A DNA stretch of 63,881 nucleotides, counting the filler, from Folioceros fuciformis (lineage: Eukaryota): NCBI GenBank assembly GCA_049999805.1. It is 16 parts of 16 records of this genome, joined end to end, with 100 filler letters (N's around TTAATTAATTAA, not from the genome) between each part and the next. Parts side by side here need not be neighbours in the genome. Positions count along the whole stretch, not along the records: positions 1 to 12,088 come from JBNGIO010000569.1; positions 12,189 to 20,354 come from JBNGIO010000570.1; 14 more parts are not named here. One strand, 5' to 3'. The number at the start of each line of letters is the position of its first letter. Position 1 is the stretch's first letter. Positions 1 to 12,389 of the stretch are shown piece after piece. A program made the position numbers and the translations under genes. The notes under the pieces are model-generated. The model had not been told where the DNA came from and did not search any database. It saw only the letters and a list, made by a program, of their open reading frames with translations.

Positions 1-3000
1 CTCCCTGTACCTTGCAGAGGGTACTACCGTTGATCCCGGGGCTCCTGACAAGACATTCTCACCGGTGTCCGAGGCTAAAACTTGCTCCAGATATGGCTGC
101 TTATCGCTTTCGGTGTCAGCAATGAGTGATTCCAGCTCAAGGCGATTGTGCCCCATAATTGCTTCTTTCAGTAGACTAAAGCAGTCCTGCTTTCTGTCAA
201 CCCGACTGGCCGAGGGTACCAATTCCAATTCACGTGATTCTAGTTTTGCTTCTGATGTCCAAGTCCTGTGACTGTTGCAGATGTCCCTCAAGTCCACAGT
301 AGGGTCACCTGCATCCGGCTCCTTGAGAGCAGCTTGGGGCCTTCCTTTGCTTGCTGTTGCTGGCTTTTGGACTCTGGAAGGATTGGGCCAACATGAGATA
401 CAGTGGCATGCCTGGCAACTAACGTGACTTCCCAAGTTGAACCCATCCAATACCTCTCCAGGCAGACCTTGGGCCGACCCGAGCTCCCATCAACTTCGTT
501 CTCTGGCAAAGATATGGGCACAGGGCAGCCAGCATCCATAGTGATATACGCTGGTAACTGCCGGGGCTGTTGGCCTGCCTTCCTTGGTGGAATCTGTGCG
601 CTTGAGGTCACAATGTCTCGGCAAAATTTATGCGCTTTGTCATGGAGGATTGGTGGAGAGACCTTACTGCCACTCGCGACATCATTGTGTTCTGACGACA
701 CTGGAGCATTCCTTAAACCAGAGATCCTCGAGGAACTGATTGGCACATCCTCTTTAACCCTTTTCTTGTTAGCCAAGAACTCTCGCGATCGCGTAGAGGT
801 ATCCGAAATGTCCCCAAAATAGTCGAGACCACTGTCTGATGGCTGTGAAGGAGGCGACCGAGTAGTAGTCAGAAGAGCTTCAGCTGAGTTACCTGTCTGC
901 TCGCCGTTGGGCTCCATCTCATGCACTACTTCTTCCCCCGACGACGATGGTATGTTTCCGAGGCCACTGCACTGTGGTGCATGAGATCCTCCCAACGACT
1001 CATCTGGGCCGTTCTTCCCCTCGTCATGAGAAACACCGTGCTGACGGTCAGTTACCCCTGCATCAACGGAAGCAATATCAACAGAGATGACACAAGAGTC
1101 GATGTTTCCTTCAACCTGTCTTCATCTGCGTCTTGCAGGGCCTCCCCCCATGCATGGATACAATTGTTGGGTGGGCTGGCGACAACTATCTGTCCCTCTT
1201 CATTACCAGGCAACTGCTTTATGCGTAGAACTATGATACTTGCCTCTCCAGACTGAACTGCTGTTGAAGGAGGTTCCGCACTTATGATCCCATCTGCCTG
1301 ATTTGGAACATCTATTCCACCAAGCTCCAGCAATTTACCTTTAAGAATACTCAGCAGCTCCTCTGCCGCAGCATGAGGAGTAGTAGGAGTCTCCGTGTCA
1401 GAGGAATGCTCTTCTGGAGTTGGAGATCGAAGTGGCTCTTCTAGTAACCTCAACAGAATTTCCTCAGGTGCGAGTTCATTGGCATCAATCTCATGTTGAG
1501 CTTCCAAGGCATTTCTTGCTTCTATCTGCACATCGTTAACCAATATCCTCTCAAGTTTTGCTGTCCCGTCTTCTTGAGGAACTAAGTACCTAAGGTGCAG
1601 CTGCTCAGGGCGCTTGTCAGTGCTCGAAAGAAGAGGAGCCGTACCATACGATGTTTCTCCATGAAATGAATTCACCTCATCACCTCCCATGGCCAAGTAA
1701 TCTACATTCATTTCAGGCTCTTTAGATGCCAGTTGTTCCATTTGATGAAGAACAACGGCTGGTGTTGGCGACAAGGGCACAATGGCTGATGTCGGTGATG
1801 AGAGTACATCATCCTCCGTCTCTGGCACACCTCCATTCAATTCACTCCCCTCAAGGCTGGCATGATCTGAGTCAGATGCTCCTTTCGGTGTCCCTGTGGC
1901 TAATGACAACGGCACAGCAGGCGTTGTCTCTAAGACTTCTTCATTCAGTTCCCCTCCCCAACTGCTGGTCGTTTGCATGTATGCCTCTTCTTCGGGTAAA
2001 CTTGTGATTGACAGTCGGTGACCTGGAGTTACTTGCCCAGAGCTGCTTTCCGAGGACACCTGTCTAGCGGATACGGTATTTCCAATCTGTGACTCCAAAA
2101 TCTCTTCATCTAGTTCTCTTCCCCAACTGCTGGTCCTACTCATGTATGCCTTGTCTTCTGGTACACTTGTGATTGACAATCGGTGACCTGGAGTTTGGGC
2201 ATCTGGAGTTTGTTGCCCAGAGCTGCTTGCAGAGTACACCTGTCTAGTACGTGAGATCTTGCCGGTATGTGACACTCGACGATCCCACGCTGGGTCTGAT
2301 GGGTCAGAAAGCTTCCGACTATTCACAGCATCCAGGGAGTAGTCTATTCGTGACACTCCTTCCAAATGTCCCGACTTCAAGTCTGTCAGCAACCATGATT
2401 TAGGCTTTTCTTCGTTTACAGCAATTCTTTTCTCTCCAGACTCCTGCACCTTATACTGCCTACTTATTTCTTCAGTTGACTTTCCTCCCTTCACATAGCC
2501 TGTGGCAACTTCTAAGCGTACTGCCTCCTGAAGAGCTCCAATTCTTACCAAGCTTTTGCTTAAGGTCGCTTGCTCCTTACCAAGTTCCTCAGGGACATTA
2601 GGCTCATATGGTCCTTGAGGACCCCACGTTCCCCATAGACTCGTTTGGGTGGAAGAATCTTTGTATGCCGTGTCAGATTCCCTTTCACCCCCAGAACCCG
2701 TTGGACCTCCTGATGGCTGTGGTGGTCCCTTGTGGTCACCATCCTGCGTCTCTGGACATTCACAATACTTCCAAGTTTTAACTATGCGCTTCCCACAATC
2801 TTGGCAGAAATGCTGGTGTTCCAAGTAGCCTAGTTTCGGCTTCCCACAAATTTTACACAGTGGCTGCAATTGTCTGTCAGCATATTGGGCAGGATCAGAA
2901 CCAGATTCGTCAAGGGCCCCAGAGGGGCACACACAATGCGATTCCTCGTGATATTCAATGGCCATCTCCCCAAGGTTTGGACTGCCTTCCATTGAAGGCG

Positions 3001-5376
3001 GAGCAGTATCAAGTTGAACTTCATCTCCTACTACAGGTGAATCCCGTCCAGCTACAAGGCCACCTTCTTCATCATAAGGCACCCTCAGTGGTAAACTGCT
3101 GGAAGATGACTCAATGCTGTGTCTTTCATAAAAAGAGTCTGCTTGCCCGCGTAAATCTGCAGCTGCTTGCGATAAGCCTTCACTAGCTTCTTGATCCCGA
3201 TGATGGGGCACAAACAGGGGATTGACAATTGTAACATGTTGTGATTCATCGTCCGCTGTTGGTAGGAACTCAGAGGTTCCGTCTTCTTTGATGGGAGGCT
3301 TTGAGCTTCTCCCACACTTGTAACAGAGTCTCCTGAGGTAGTAACCAATTCCCTTAGTCTCATCGGTCTGAGTCAACTCATGTAACGCACTTTCTGAAAG
3401 CGTAGGGCTAGCCACGTCCTGTTGCCCGTCTGCCATGACTAAATCAGGGTGAGGTAAATTGCTATGTTCATTAGCGACCATGTTGGACATGTCCCAGTTT
3501 GCATGTCCTTCCTCCTCTGATGCCACGTATGGTAATGTTCCGGAGCTGATAGTCTGCGAATCGTGTTCCCAGAATGCATGTCCCACCCCCTCCGATCCTG
3601 AGCGGAGTGTTGATCCTGAGCCAATAGTCTTTGAGTCATGTCCCCAGTCAGGATATCCTATATCCTCTGATGCAATGTAGGGTGTTGTTCCTGACCTACT
3701 TGCCTGTGACTCACCACGGTCAGCATACTTGGCATCTGCCAATGCAATGCCTATCTCAGGCGGGTCACCCTGCCCTTGTTCTCCAGGTGAATTGAAACTG
3801 TAGTTGGGGACTGCTCCCGCTGAAATGTTATCGTAGTAGGAAACTCCTCCAGCAAAGTCAGCATAGATCTGAGGCTCGTCTCTGATGAGCATATCAGTAG
3901 AAGTTTGCCCGTCAGACTGGACTCGGGAATTCCCGATCTGCTCCACTGAAGATCGTGGTGGAAAAATTCCTGCTAAAAGACTAGAAAAAGCCAGACCGAG
4001 AATGCCAGAATCAGAAATTACACCAGCCCTTGGAATCGCAGTTTGATGTTGTCCATCAAGATCATCTTCCGTCTGTGAAGCCTTATCTTTAACTCTTGGC
4101 TGCAGAAACCCCACTTCAGGCTCTGAAACTTTGGCCTTCTTCCCGAAGTTCACCCCACACGCTGCATCATATGAATGCTTCCTTTTTATCATCTCAAAGG
4201 ATCTCATCAGCGACAGTTCAAGGCTTGCAATACGAGCTGCCTGACTAGCAGATGCTAACGGCTGAGATTCAATGTCATTGCCGATAGCTTGAGGTACCAC
4301 CCTTCCATCCACTATCTGAAAAGCCGCGAGAGACCCGGCTGTAGGATGTGATGACGGGGACCACATGTCGAATCTGGATGCTGTGGACGACGATACAGAG
4401 GATGCAGTCCTATGGCTACATTCGCCAGTACTATCGAGGGTACTGGTATATTTTGTCCTCATAGAAGATCGCCGAAAAGGAATCTCAGTAGTTTCCATCA
4501 AAGGGTGAGCTGTTGAGATCTGCACTTGAGCACCAGGGTTGCCGGTGGCCTGGTAAATGAGGTTCTCCACGTGGTAAAGCGAGTCCAGGGTCTTTCGCAA
4601 CTCTCCCTTCAAAGCTTGATCGGCAGGGTTCTCTTCAAGCATCTTCTTGAGCAGTCGCAGAGCCTCCAAATGCTCATTTTTTCGCTTCATCAGAGAGTCC
4701 TGGTCAACAAGCAGTTGCAGCTGGGATCAATTTGTCACTGCAGAAGGAACCCGCCAAGGAGACCAACCTGGTTAGGCATCGCAGTAAAATGCCGAGTGAA
4801 CTCTCGTGCCATTTGCCTTCTGTTGGCCAGAACCTGCTGGTGTTTCTGATACCACATGTACAAAACAAGAACAGCTCCCCCTAGCAGCGCCAGAACCAGC
4901 GGAAAGGCTACGGAATACGAAATGAAAGGCTTCTTCGTGGCTTCTGCGGAATGACCATGACACCTTGCCTCACTTCTCCCATGCTACCAATACCAAAAAA
5001 AAGGTCCAAAATTTCCAAACTAACCTGATAAAAATCTCGCATGGCGACCGACGACCTGTGCACCGAGGCCTAGGACATGAGATCGTGTCACGTTCTGCAG
5101 CTGATGCTGTGCAAAACCCTGATAGGACATCCTTCAAACATTGGCATGGAAATTTCAGCCTGTATCTGCCCCACTGTTAACCAAACTCTCCTTCAATGTC
5201 ACAGGATCCTTTGCAAGCTCAGTTGCGCGTTCACTCTACAGACGCAGAGTGGAATGAATTCCACTCTGCGGTGGTAGCATGAACAAACAAATGAACCAAC
5301 TCACGATCTGGAGAAGAAAAGTCCAACTACGATGACCTCCGCTGCCACTCATGGGCATGGGGCTGATGAGAGACAT
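1..5376 (-). CDS. Large multi-exon hypothetical protein (Ser/Glu-rich, probably mostly disordered, with Cys/His clusters and internal repeats); 3' end runs off the window
   Basis: 1212-codon ORF 1052-4690 is preceded by an acceptor (exon starts 4699). An in-frame upstream exon 4768-4845 (KHQQVLANRRQMAREF...) follows a 68-nt GT-AG intron. A phase-2 intron at 374-453 joins ORF 288-995 to a frame open to base 1. Candidate first exon 5305-5376 with a GTGAGT donor. Exon structure at ~1000-1250 and ~4850-5230 is unresolved. No family recognised. Confidence 0.6.
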
Positions 5377-5639
5377 GCAAACCAAAGCCCGTGCGACCGA
5401 ATCCAAACATCCACATCTCTGCCTTCACAATCCGGCCGTAGCCTTGCACTCTAGGCTTTGGGAAGAAAGAAATATGTCGAACCTTTCCACGTTTCGGACA
5501 AGGAACGAATCGTTCCACCCTGACAGATTCGGGAACACCTACCGATTCTGGCGAGCCCTAACAGAGGTTCATATTTATTTCCAGCCCTTCGCTAGTCGCC
5601 ATTCTTCTCGACGGACGTGGTTCTGTTTCGGCGGCTGCC

Positions 5640-6601
5640 ATGGGTATGCAGCACTCTGTGAAGTGTACTGGAAGCAGGAGCCGCCGGAGGCAAGGTTGTG
5701 GCGCTGACCGTCTCGTGGTGGTGCAGGTGCCTATAAGTACCTGGAGGAACTTTGGAGAAAGAAGCAGTCGGATGTGCTAAGGTTTCTCCTCCGTGTGAGG
5801 TGTTGGGAATACAGACAGCTGCCTGGCATTGTTCGGATCACTCGACCTTCTCGCCCTGACAAGGCTCGTCGTCTCGGTTACAAGGCTAAGCAGGTGCCAA
5901 CCTAACCCTCGCATGGGATTCAATCCATATCCGGCTGTTCAGACTTACATACCTTTCGTGCCTTTACTTTGAGACTGTGTTTTTGGTACCAGATCCAGCT
6001 TGCCAATTTGAACTGCACTTCGTTTATTTCATGCGTTCTCGTCATCTGATGTTGTGTCTTGATCAGGGATATGTTGTGTATCGCGTTCGTGTGCGCCGTG
6101 GTGGCAGAAAGAGGCCCGTTTCCAAGGGTATTGTGTACGGGAAGCCTAAGAACCAGGGTATCACGCAACTGAAGTTTCAACGTAATTTGCAGTCAGTTGC
6201 CGAGGAGCGTGCCGGACGCAAGCTTGGTGGCCTGAGAGTGCTGAACTCTTACTGGATAAATCAGGTAGATTTTCCGAATTGCGTGTTCGTGTCTTCTTCT
6301 CCCCTCCTGGCAAGAGACAGACGGTGAATTGGAGACATTTGTTTGGTATTGGCAGGATTCTACTTACAAGTACTTCGAGGTCATCCTGGTGGATGTTGCT
6401 CACTCAGTCATCAGGAAGGATCCACGAATCAACTGGATCGTGAATCCAGTTCACAAGCATCGTGAACTTCGTGGCTTGACCTCAGCAGGCAAGAAGCACC
6501 GTGGCTTGAGAGGTAAGGGTCATCTGTTCCACAAGAACCGGCCTTCTGTGCGGGCAACATGGAAGAGGAACAACTCACTATCGCTCAGGCGATATCGTTA
6601 A
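5640..6601 (+). CDS. RPL15: 60S ribosomal protein L15 (eL15), copy 1; exons 5640-5643, 5727-5893, 6067-6264, 6356-6601 (204 aa)
   Basis: Spliced translation [18 protein letters not shown]...[13 protein letters not shown]...[21 protein letters not shown]...SLRRYR. Canonical GT-AG introns; 615 nt in total. Confidence 0.98.
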
Positions 6602-7234
6602 GGCCATTTTTCAGGCGTAGTCAGTGTTGGAGATTCGGTTTGTAAGTTTTGCTCTGAGATTCAGAACGCTAATTTCCCCGTGCATCGGACAAGGCTTCTC
6701 ATTTTAGTTTCGTTGGATGCACTACGTTGCAAGTGCGGTCGCTTTTTTTCCGTGGACATTGAATCCTGGTTGGGGTGCTTCGGGCATGGCCGGCCTGGAG
6801 TCGTGTGGGCAGGTTAGTGCTATTCATCGGTTCGGTGTTTGCCTTGAATCGTTCTCGATGGAGAGGGTTGTTGCGTGTCCAAGAAACCAGGCCCGAAGAT
6901 CCGCTGCATCCGCCTGTCCGCATGAGGATACCGCTCAGACCATTGCTTGTTCTGGTTCTAGTATTCGGAACAGACCCGAGCATCACTCGTTTCTCCCGGT
7001 CAGAAAATGTTTGGCAGCGAAAGAGAAACATTCCACACAAAGACACGGGACATGAAAGTCACAGAGATCGAACACAGTCATATACGTTTCTGCTTTCCCA
7101 GCCCACCTATGCTTCCCGCTGGGGAGGACAGGAAAAGATACCTCTTCTCGTTTCGTCCGATTTCCGATTCAATCCGTACATGCCAATACTATACAAGCCT
7201 AGCGATTAGCATCTCCATATCCACCGTTTCTAGC

Positions 7235-7243
7235 AAACCCTAA
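7235..7243 (+). promoter_or_regulatory. Telo-box (AAACCCTAA) upstream of RPL15 copy 2
   Basis: Exact motif ~85 nt before the ATG. Telo-boxes are typical of plant ribosomal-protein promoters. Copy 1 has a degenerate GAGCCCTAA at the equivalent place. Confidence 0.55.
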
Positions 7244-7326
7244 CATTACTGGGGTTCATATTCATGTTCCCTTTCGTAACGAGGTCTCTCTTGGTGGACG
7301 CGGCGTAGGCAAGGGGTGCGGCGGCC

Positions 7327-8325
7327 ATGGGTATGCAGTCTGTCCAGCTGAATGGAAGCAGACGCTGATGTGTGGAAGGCTGTGTTGTTGACTGCCTGCG
7401 CGATGGTGCAGGTGCCTACAAGTATCTGGAGGAACTTTGGAGAAAGAAGCAGTCGGATGTGCTAAGGTTTCTCCTCCGTGTGAGGTGCTGGGAATATAGA
7501 CAGCTGCCGGGCATCGTTCGCATCACGCGCCCTTCTCGCCCCGACAAGGCTCGTCGTCTCGGCTACAAGGCTAAGCAGGTACTAACCTAATCCTCGCAAG
7601 GGTTTCAAGCCCTCTCCGTCTGGTCAGTCTGACATGTCTTTGGTACTTTAACCTGGAGACTGTGTGCTTGAGGCCGTGTGATTGGTATCACAGTACCAGA
7701 TTTGTTGTGCTGGATCTTGAGGAGTTTGCCTGGTTCTTTGTTCTGTTTTTCACTTCTTATTCTCCTCGTTGGATGTGATCTGGTCAGGGCTATGTTGTGT
7801 ATCGCGTCCGCGTGCGCCGTGGTGGCAGAAAGAGGCCCGTTTCCAAGGGTATTGTGTATGGGAAGCCTAAGAACCAGGGTATCACTCAACTCAAGTTCCA
7901 ACGTAATTTGCAGTCGGTTGCGGAGGAGCGTGCTGGACGCAAGCTTGGCGGTCTGAGAGTACTGAACTCTTATTGGATAAATCAGGTATGTCTTCCAAAT
8001 TGCTTTTTTGTGCCACTTGTTGGGTCTCTTCTTGCAAGTGACGGACGGTGGTAAGGAGATTATTTTCCGACATTGGCAGGATTCTACGTACAAGTACTTC
8101 GAGGTCATCCTGGTGGATGTTGCCCACTCTGTCATCAGGAAGGATCCTCGGATCAACTGGATCGTGAATCCAGTTCACAAGCACCGTGAACTTCGTGGCT
8201 TGACCTCTGCAGGCAAGAAGCATCGTGGCTTGAGGGGTAAGGGTCATTTGTTCCACAAGAACAGGCCGTCTGTGCGGGCAACATGGAAGCGGAATAACTC
8301 GCTTTCTCTCAGGCGCTATCGCTAG
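7327..8325 (+). CDS. RPL15: 60S ribosomal protein L15 (eL15), copy 2; exons 7327-7330, 7412-7578, 7788-7985, 8080-8325 (204 aa)
   Basis: Same exon lengths and intron positions as copy 1. Translation is identical by eye, with synonymous differences only. Confidence 0.98.
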
Positions 8326-8826
8326 GTCCTTCCCCAAGCCTACGGTATCTTGGGGAGTATTTTTGGTAGTCTAGCGCACTTTTTGTTCTCAGTTTGAGTC
8401 CCATGTTGGATCGGACAATGCAATTTAATGCCGTGTTGGTGGATGCCTTGGACATCTATTGAAATTACCGGAGTACTTCACATGGCTACAATGTCCGGTA
8501 GCGAAGCTGGCATGTCTAATTCATGGTTACGTGTCGTATGTAGCGGCTTACTCTGCGTGATGTGCCGCACTTCTCTATGGTACGCCGGGCTCACAAAATT
8601 TCGCCAAAGTCCATTGCCAGGACGTAGCTTGTAAGTCTCACGTTGCACTCCGAGTGGATCCGCATACAAAGGAAAAATCCCAGTGGACTGGGACAAGATT
8701 TATAGTTAGCCTTTCTACCTTTGCTTATGTTAGAAACGGGCAGGTTCTCTATCCTATCCAATTACACAACCATTATTCCGGACGCTGTTCTGTTCGGTCA
8801 AAATTGAATTTAACACAGAAAGTTGC

Positions 8827-10443
8827 TCAACTCTGCCCGTATGCTCTCTTAGCAGCACTCAATGTGTTGGAAAGGAGCATCGCTATTGTCATGGGCCCCA
8901 CACCACCCGGAACAGGAGTTATTGCTGACGCCACTTTCACCGCCTCCTCATAGCAAACATCCCCAACAAGTTTGTAGCCTTTCTTTGCAGAAGGGTCCTG
9001 AACAGCAGACAAACGAGACGATGAGATAGCACACACGCACATTTGAGAAGAGAGTTCAGTTATGCAAGCAAGGGGCATGACATCCGGAGTGCGTACCTCA
9101 ACTGCATTCATCCCCACATCTATGACAACAGCCCCCGGCTTCAACCAATCGCCACGGACGAGGTTCGCTACCCCTGCTGCAACTATCACGATGTCTGCAG
9201 TGCGCACTACTGCTGCTGGATCTGGGGTGTGCGAATGCACCACAGTGACGGTCGCATTATGTCTCTGGCAGAAGATAATTCGTGAGAGGTGTCAGAGAAA
9301 GCAATCAGTAAGCAGGGAGGAGAGCAAACGGCTGTACCTGTAACAGCATGGCAGCAGGTGTGCCAACAACCTTGCTCCGCCCAACTACAACTGCCCTTTT
9401 TCCAGCTATTTCAATGCCAGAACGGAGGAGTAGCTCGATGCATCCTCTGGGGGTACAGGGCACGAATAATGGGGTCCTGTCACTCATAGCCAGTTTCCCC
9501 AAATTGATGGGATCAAACCCATCAACATCCTTCTCAATTTTCACTGCTCCCAGTATCCTCTCTTCGCTTAAATGCTGCCAAGCAATTTACCACAACCGTG
9601 AGGGACAACGCCCATGGCCCCTCAGCAAGCAGGGAATAAGGATCAGGACTCATTAGTAGCTTCACCAATGCAGTTGTCTGTACCTCCCAAAACATGCTAA
9701 CGTAATCTCAATCCCGTAGGACACACTTACACGAGGGAGGGGAAGCTGCACAAGAATTCCATGAACGTCGGGGTCCTCGTTATACTCGCGTATGTGACGC
9801 AGCACTTCATCTTCTGACACATCCTCCGGCAAGTCCACACCGTAATTCACGATCCCAACCTCCGCACAAGTCCTCTTTTTGCTCCTCACGTACGTCTGGG
9901 AGTCCTTCCGGGTGCCGACGAGCACAACAGCCAACCCCGGAGCCTTCCCCACCGCATCTTTCAGCTTGGCCACCTCTTCGCCAACCTCTTGCCTCACCTG
10001 CTTCGAAATCGCCTTTCCATCAATAATTGCGGCCAGCTGCTCTGTTCTATCTACAAACAAAAGCACAAACGCACATAAGGGTTTTCTGCCAGATCCCGCA
10101 AGAACAAAGCAACGGACATACTAGCCCTCACAACAAGCAGCAACCTGGAATCGTCTTGGACAACGGAACCAGCGCGGGCAAACTCCGAACGCACGTTCCA
10201 CGACTCGGTATGATCCCAGCCGAGCAGAACGGGCATGGGCCATTGCTTCGAACCGCAAGTGGATAGGCCCGAATCAAACCCTACCCTGGACCCCGTGCTC
10301 GGCCGCGCCACAGAAGAAGAGCTGCACGTCGCGATGGGGCTGGTGCAAAGAACCTTGACGAAGAGATCTGGGTGCCTCCGTGCAGACACAGTGTGGTAAG
10401 CAGACAGCATCGCCACGCCCTTCAAGCCCGCGCTCATCGGCAT
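8827..10443 (-). CDS. FOLD: Bifunctional methylenetetrahydrofolate dehydrogenase/cyclohydrolase with N-terminal organellar transit peptide; exons 10443-10122, 10050-9731, 9574-9338, 9264-9097, 8997-8827
   Basis: Motifs [23 protein letters not shown] (YxxxK), [41 protein letters not shown] introns have consistent phases. The start codon and the exon-2 acceptor (tandem AGs) are less certain. Confidence 0.95.
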
Positions 10444-10935
10444 CCTTCCTCCCTGAGCCAGACGTACTCCGAGCTACAATCCCCTTTCAACAGAATTACC
10501 GTCCTTCAGAAGGGATGACGAGACAAACCAGAAACACGTTAATGAGTTTTGATCACGATTTTAGTCGTGAACAAGTTTTTTTTTTTTGAATAGTACACAT
10601 GAAACTGTGCTCCACTTCGGTTGGTTTCTCTACTCAACAATCAAGGTTCCTTCAAAGAGTCTCCGGAAGGAGTTAGAAAGTGAATGGGCCCGATTCCAAA
10701 TGACAAACGTGTTCGAGTCCTACTAGGACCAGCAAGAGCGCGCACAGGTGGAGAAACGCTAGGAAGGTTCGCCGTTTTTCAGAGAGGAAGACGCACGAGC
10801 CAAACCCTTTAGACCCTAACAGAATTCTTCGTTTTCTTCTAGAGTCCAGAGCTCGAGGCTCCGTCCCAGGCAGGCTGCTTCGCTTCGCCTCGAAACTCAG
10901 ATCGTGGAAATTGCGACGACGCAGAAAGTTTTCCT

Positions 10936-11795
10936 TCAATCAAGCCCCCGTTCAGTGCTCCAGCTGCATTTCCAAATTCCAACAACGTCATCAGCCAGCA
11001 GCATGCATGGCAGTAGTAGCAGCAGTCACATACATACATTTAGGGTGACAGCATTCGGATCACGAAAGGAAATCACAACTGTTACAAAACAAGAATCAAG
11101 ATGTACCTTCGGAGTTGCCTCTCAGCCTCCTGCCGAAGCATTATCTGGTGTTCGTGGAGGGAAAACAATTCGTCCTCCATCGGGACGGACGGAATCATAG
11201 AATCAAACAAGCCTTTGCCGCAAGAAAGGTGCAGCTGTCGCACTTCGCCATCTAAGGGAACTTGAAGCACCAGCTTATCTTCTCCTTCGAAAACAGGAAG
11301 CATGCCGCGCCTCCTCCACCGCATCTTGGTCGCCTTGATGACGGGAAGCACTCTCACGCCCGGTATCTCAGCATGCAAGACCATTTCATCCCTCTCCCGA
11401 CACAAACTACTGACAGAACAGGAAGAGTTGTCATCAACCTGTACCGAACCATCCGAGCTCGACACCGCCTCCTCTCCGCCAAAACGAGAAATCATCCCCG
11501 TCCACTTCCTCGCCACCTTACTTCCCTTGGCCAACGGCATCCTCTGCGGATTCCGTTCATTCTCAGAAGCGAGGGAATCGTCGAATTCAGAAAAACCGAT
11601 CCTTGCTCTGGCCCGCAAATCGATCAACGTCTCACTCCAATGTCCTCCACCTCGCATCACGCCGGACGTTGCTCCATTCAGGCTGCCAGCTCCTAACAGG
11701 ATTCCGAAGCACAAGGAGTGAGACATCGTGCTCGTGAATCCGCTAAGCTCTGGTGGCAGGACGGATGCACCGGACTCGTGGCTGGATGGATGCAA
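10936..11795 (-). CDS. Hypothetical protein; main exon ~11107-11795 plus a probable short terminal exon 10936-10963
   Basis: 237-codon ORF in a gene-dense contig, ending at an AG|GTACAT donor with a downstream TGCAG acceptor. No family recognised. Confidence 0.4.
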
Positions 11796-12088
11796 CGGGC
11801 GCGTCTATCGATGAACTCTGCTGCGCAATCGGGCGACGAACTTCAACAGCAACAGCGAACATGCTCGATTTGAGCTCCTTCAATTCTTACAAGAGACAGC
11901 GCACTCGCACAAGTACGCCGAGCCACGTACACCCCTGCTCGTTTTCTAATTCGATCTCCTCACGCGGCAACTCAGTCGGCAACTCGTTACCCGGCCGGCT
12001 CCCCTTCTTCCACGCACAAGCACAAACCGCCCCCGAGCTCTTCCTTCGCAGAAACTCGCTCATCCACAGCCAGTCAATATTCCCATGT

Positions 12089-12188
12089 NNNNNNNNNNNN
12101 NNNNNNNNNNNNNNNNNNNNNNNNNNNNNNNNTTAATTAATTAANNNNNNNNNNNNNNNNNNNNNNNNNNNNNNNNNNNNNNNNNNNN
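12089..12188. other. Artificial scaffold linker N44-TTAATTAATTAA-N44 (stops in all six frames). Also at 20355, 21755, 26253, 29067, 30174, 31377, 32882, 40274, 41650, 43476, 47284, 53255, 57912, 62614
   Basis: The same 100-nt block occurs 15 times. It is an assembly construct, not biology. Confidence 0.98.
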
Positions 12189-12389
12189 GACCAAACCTAT
12201 ACCCACTCTTATAACCAAACCAACTATTTCTTGGTCAATTAACCCAATTAGCACAAAGAAAAATAGGAAAAATGACCAGAAAATCAAGGAAAATTAGGGA
12301 AAATAAGTTGAAAAAGAAAACCAAACCATACCACTATTAACCCTTTTTCAACCAAAACAAACTACTACCCCAAACTTTGGAGGTTCACA
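12189..12389 (-). repeat. Repeat family R1 terminus (TGTGAACCTCCAAAGTTTGGGG...), copy 1
   Basis: Reverse complement matches 53097-53254 apparently exactly and is collinear with the copy starting at 49967. Confidence 0.9.

Noticed and set aside
4845-4854. PBS-like TGGTATCAGA (minus strand) upstream of the 1212-aa ORF, suggesting a retroelement or caulimovirid
   Set aside because: It coincides with a good 3' splice acceptor (...GTATCAG|AAACAC) leading into an in-frame exon. The ORF has no gag, RT, movement or capsid motifs and there is no LTR.
11082-11230. C-terminus vaguely like KRP/ICK CDK inhibitors
   Set aside because: The defining KYNFD...PL.GRYEW motif is absent.
12133-12144. Recurrent TTAATTAATTAA palindrome
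   Set aside because: Always centred in an identical N block, so it is a synthetic six-frame-stop linker.
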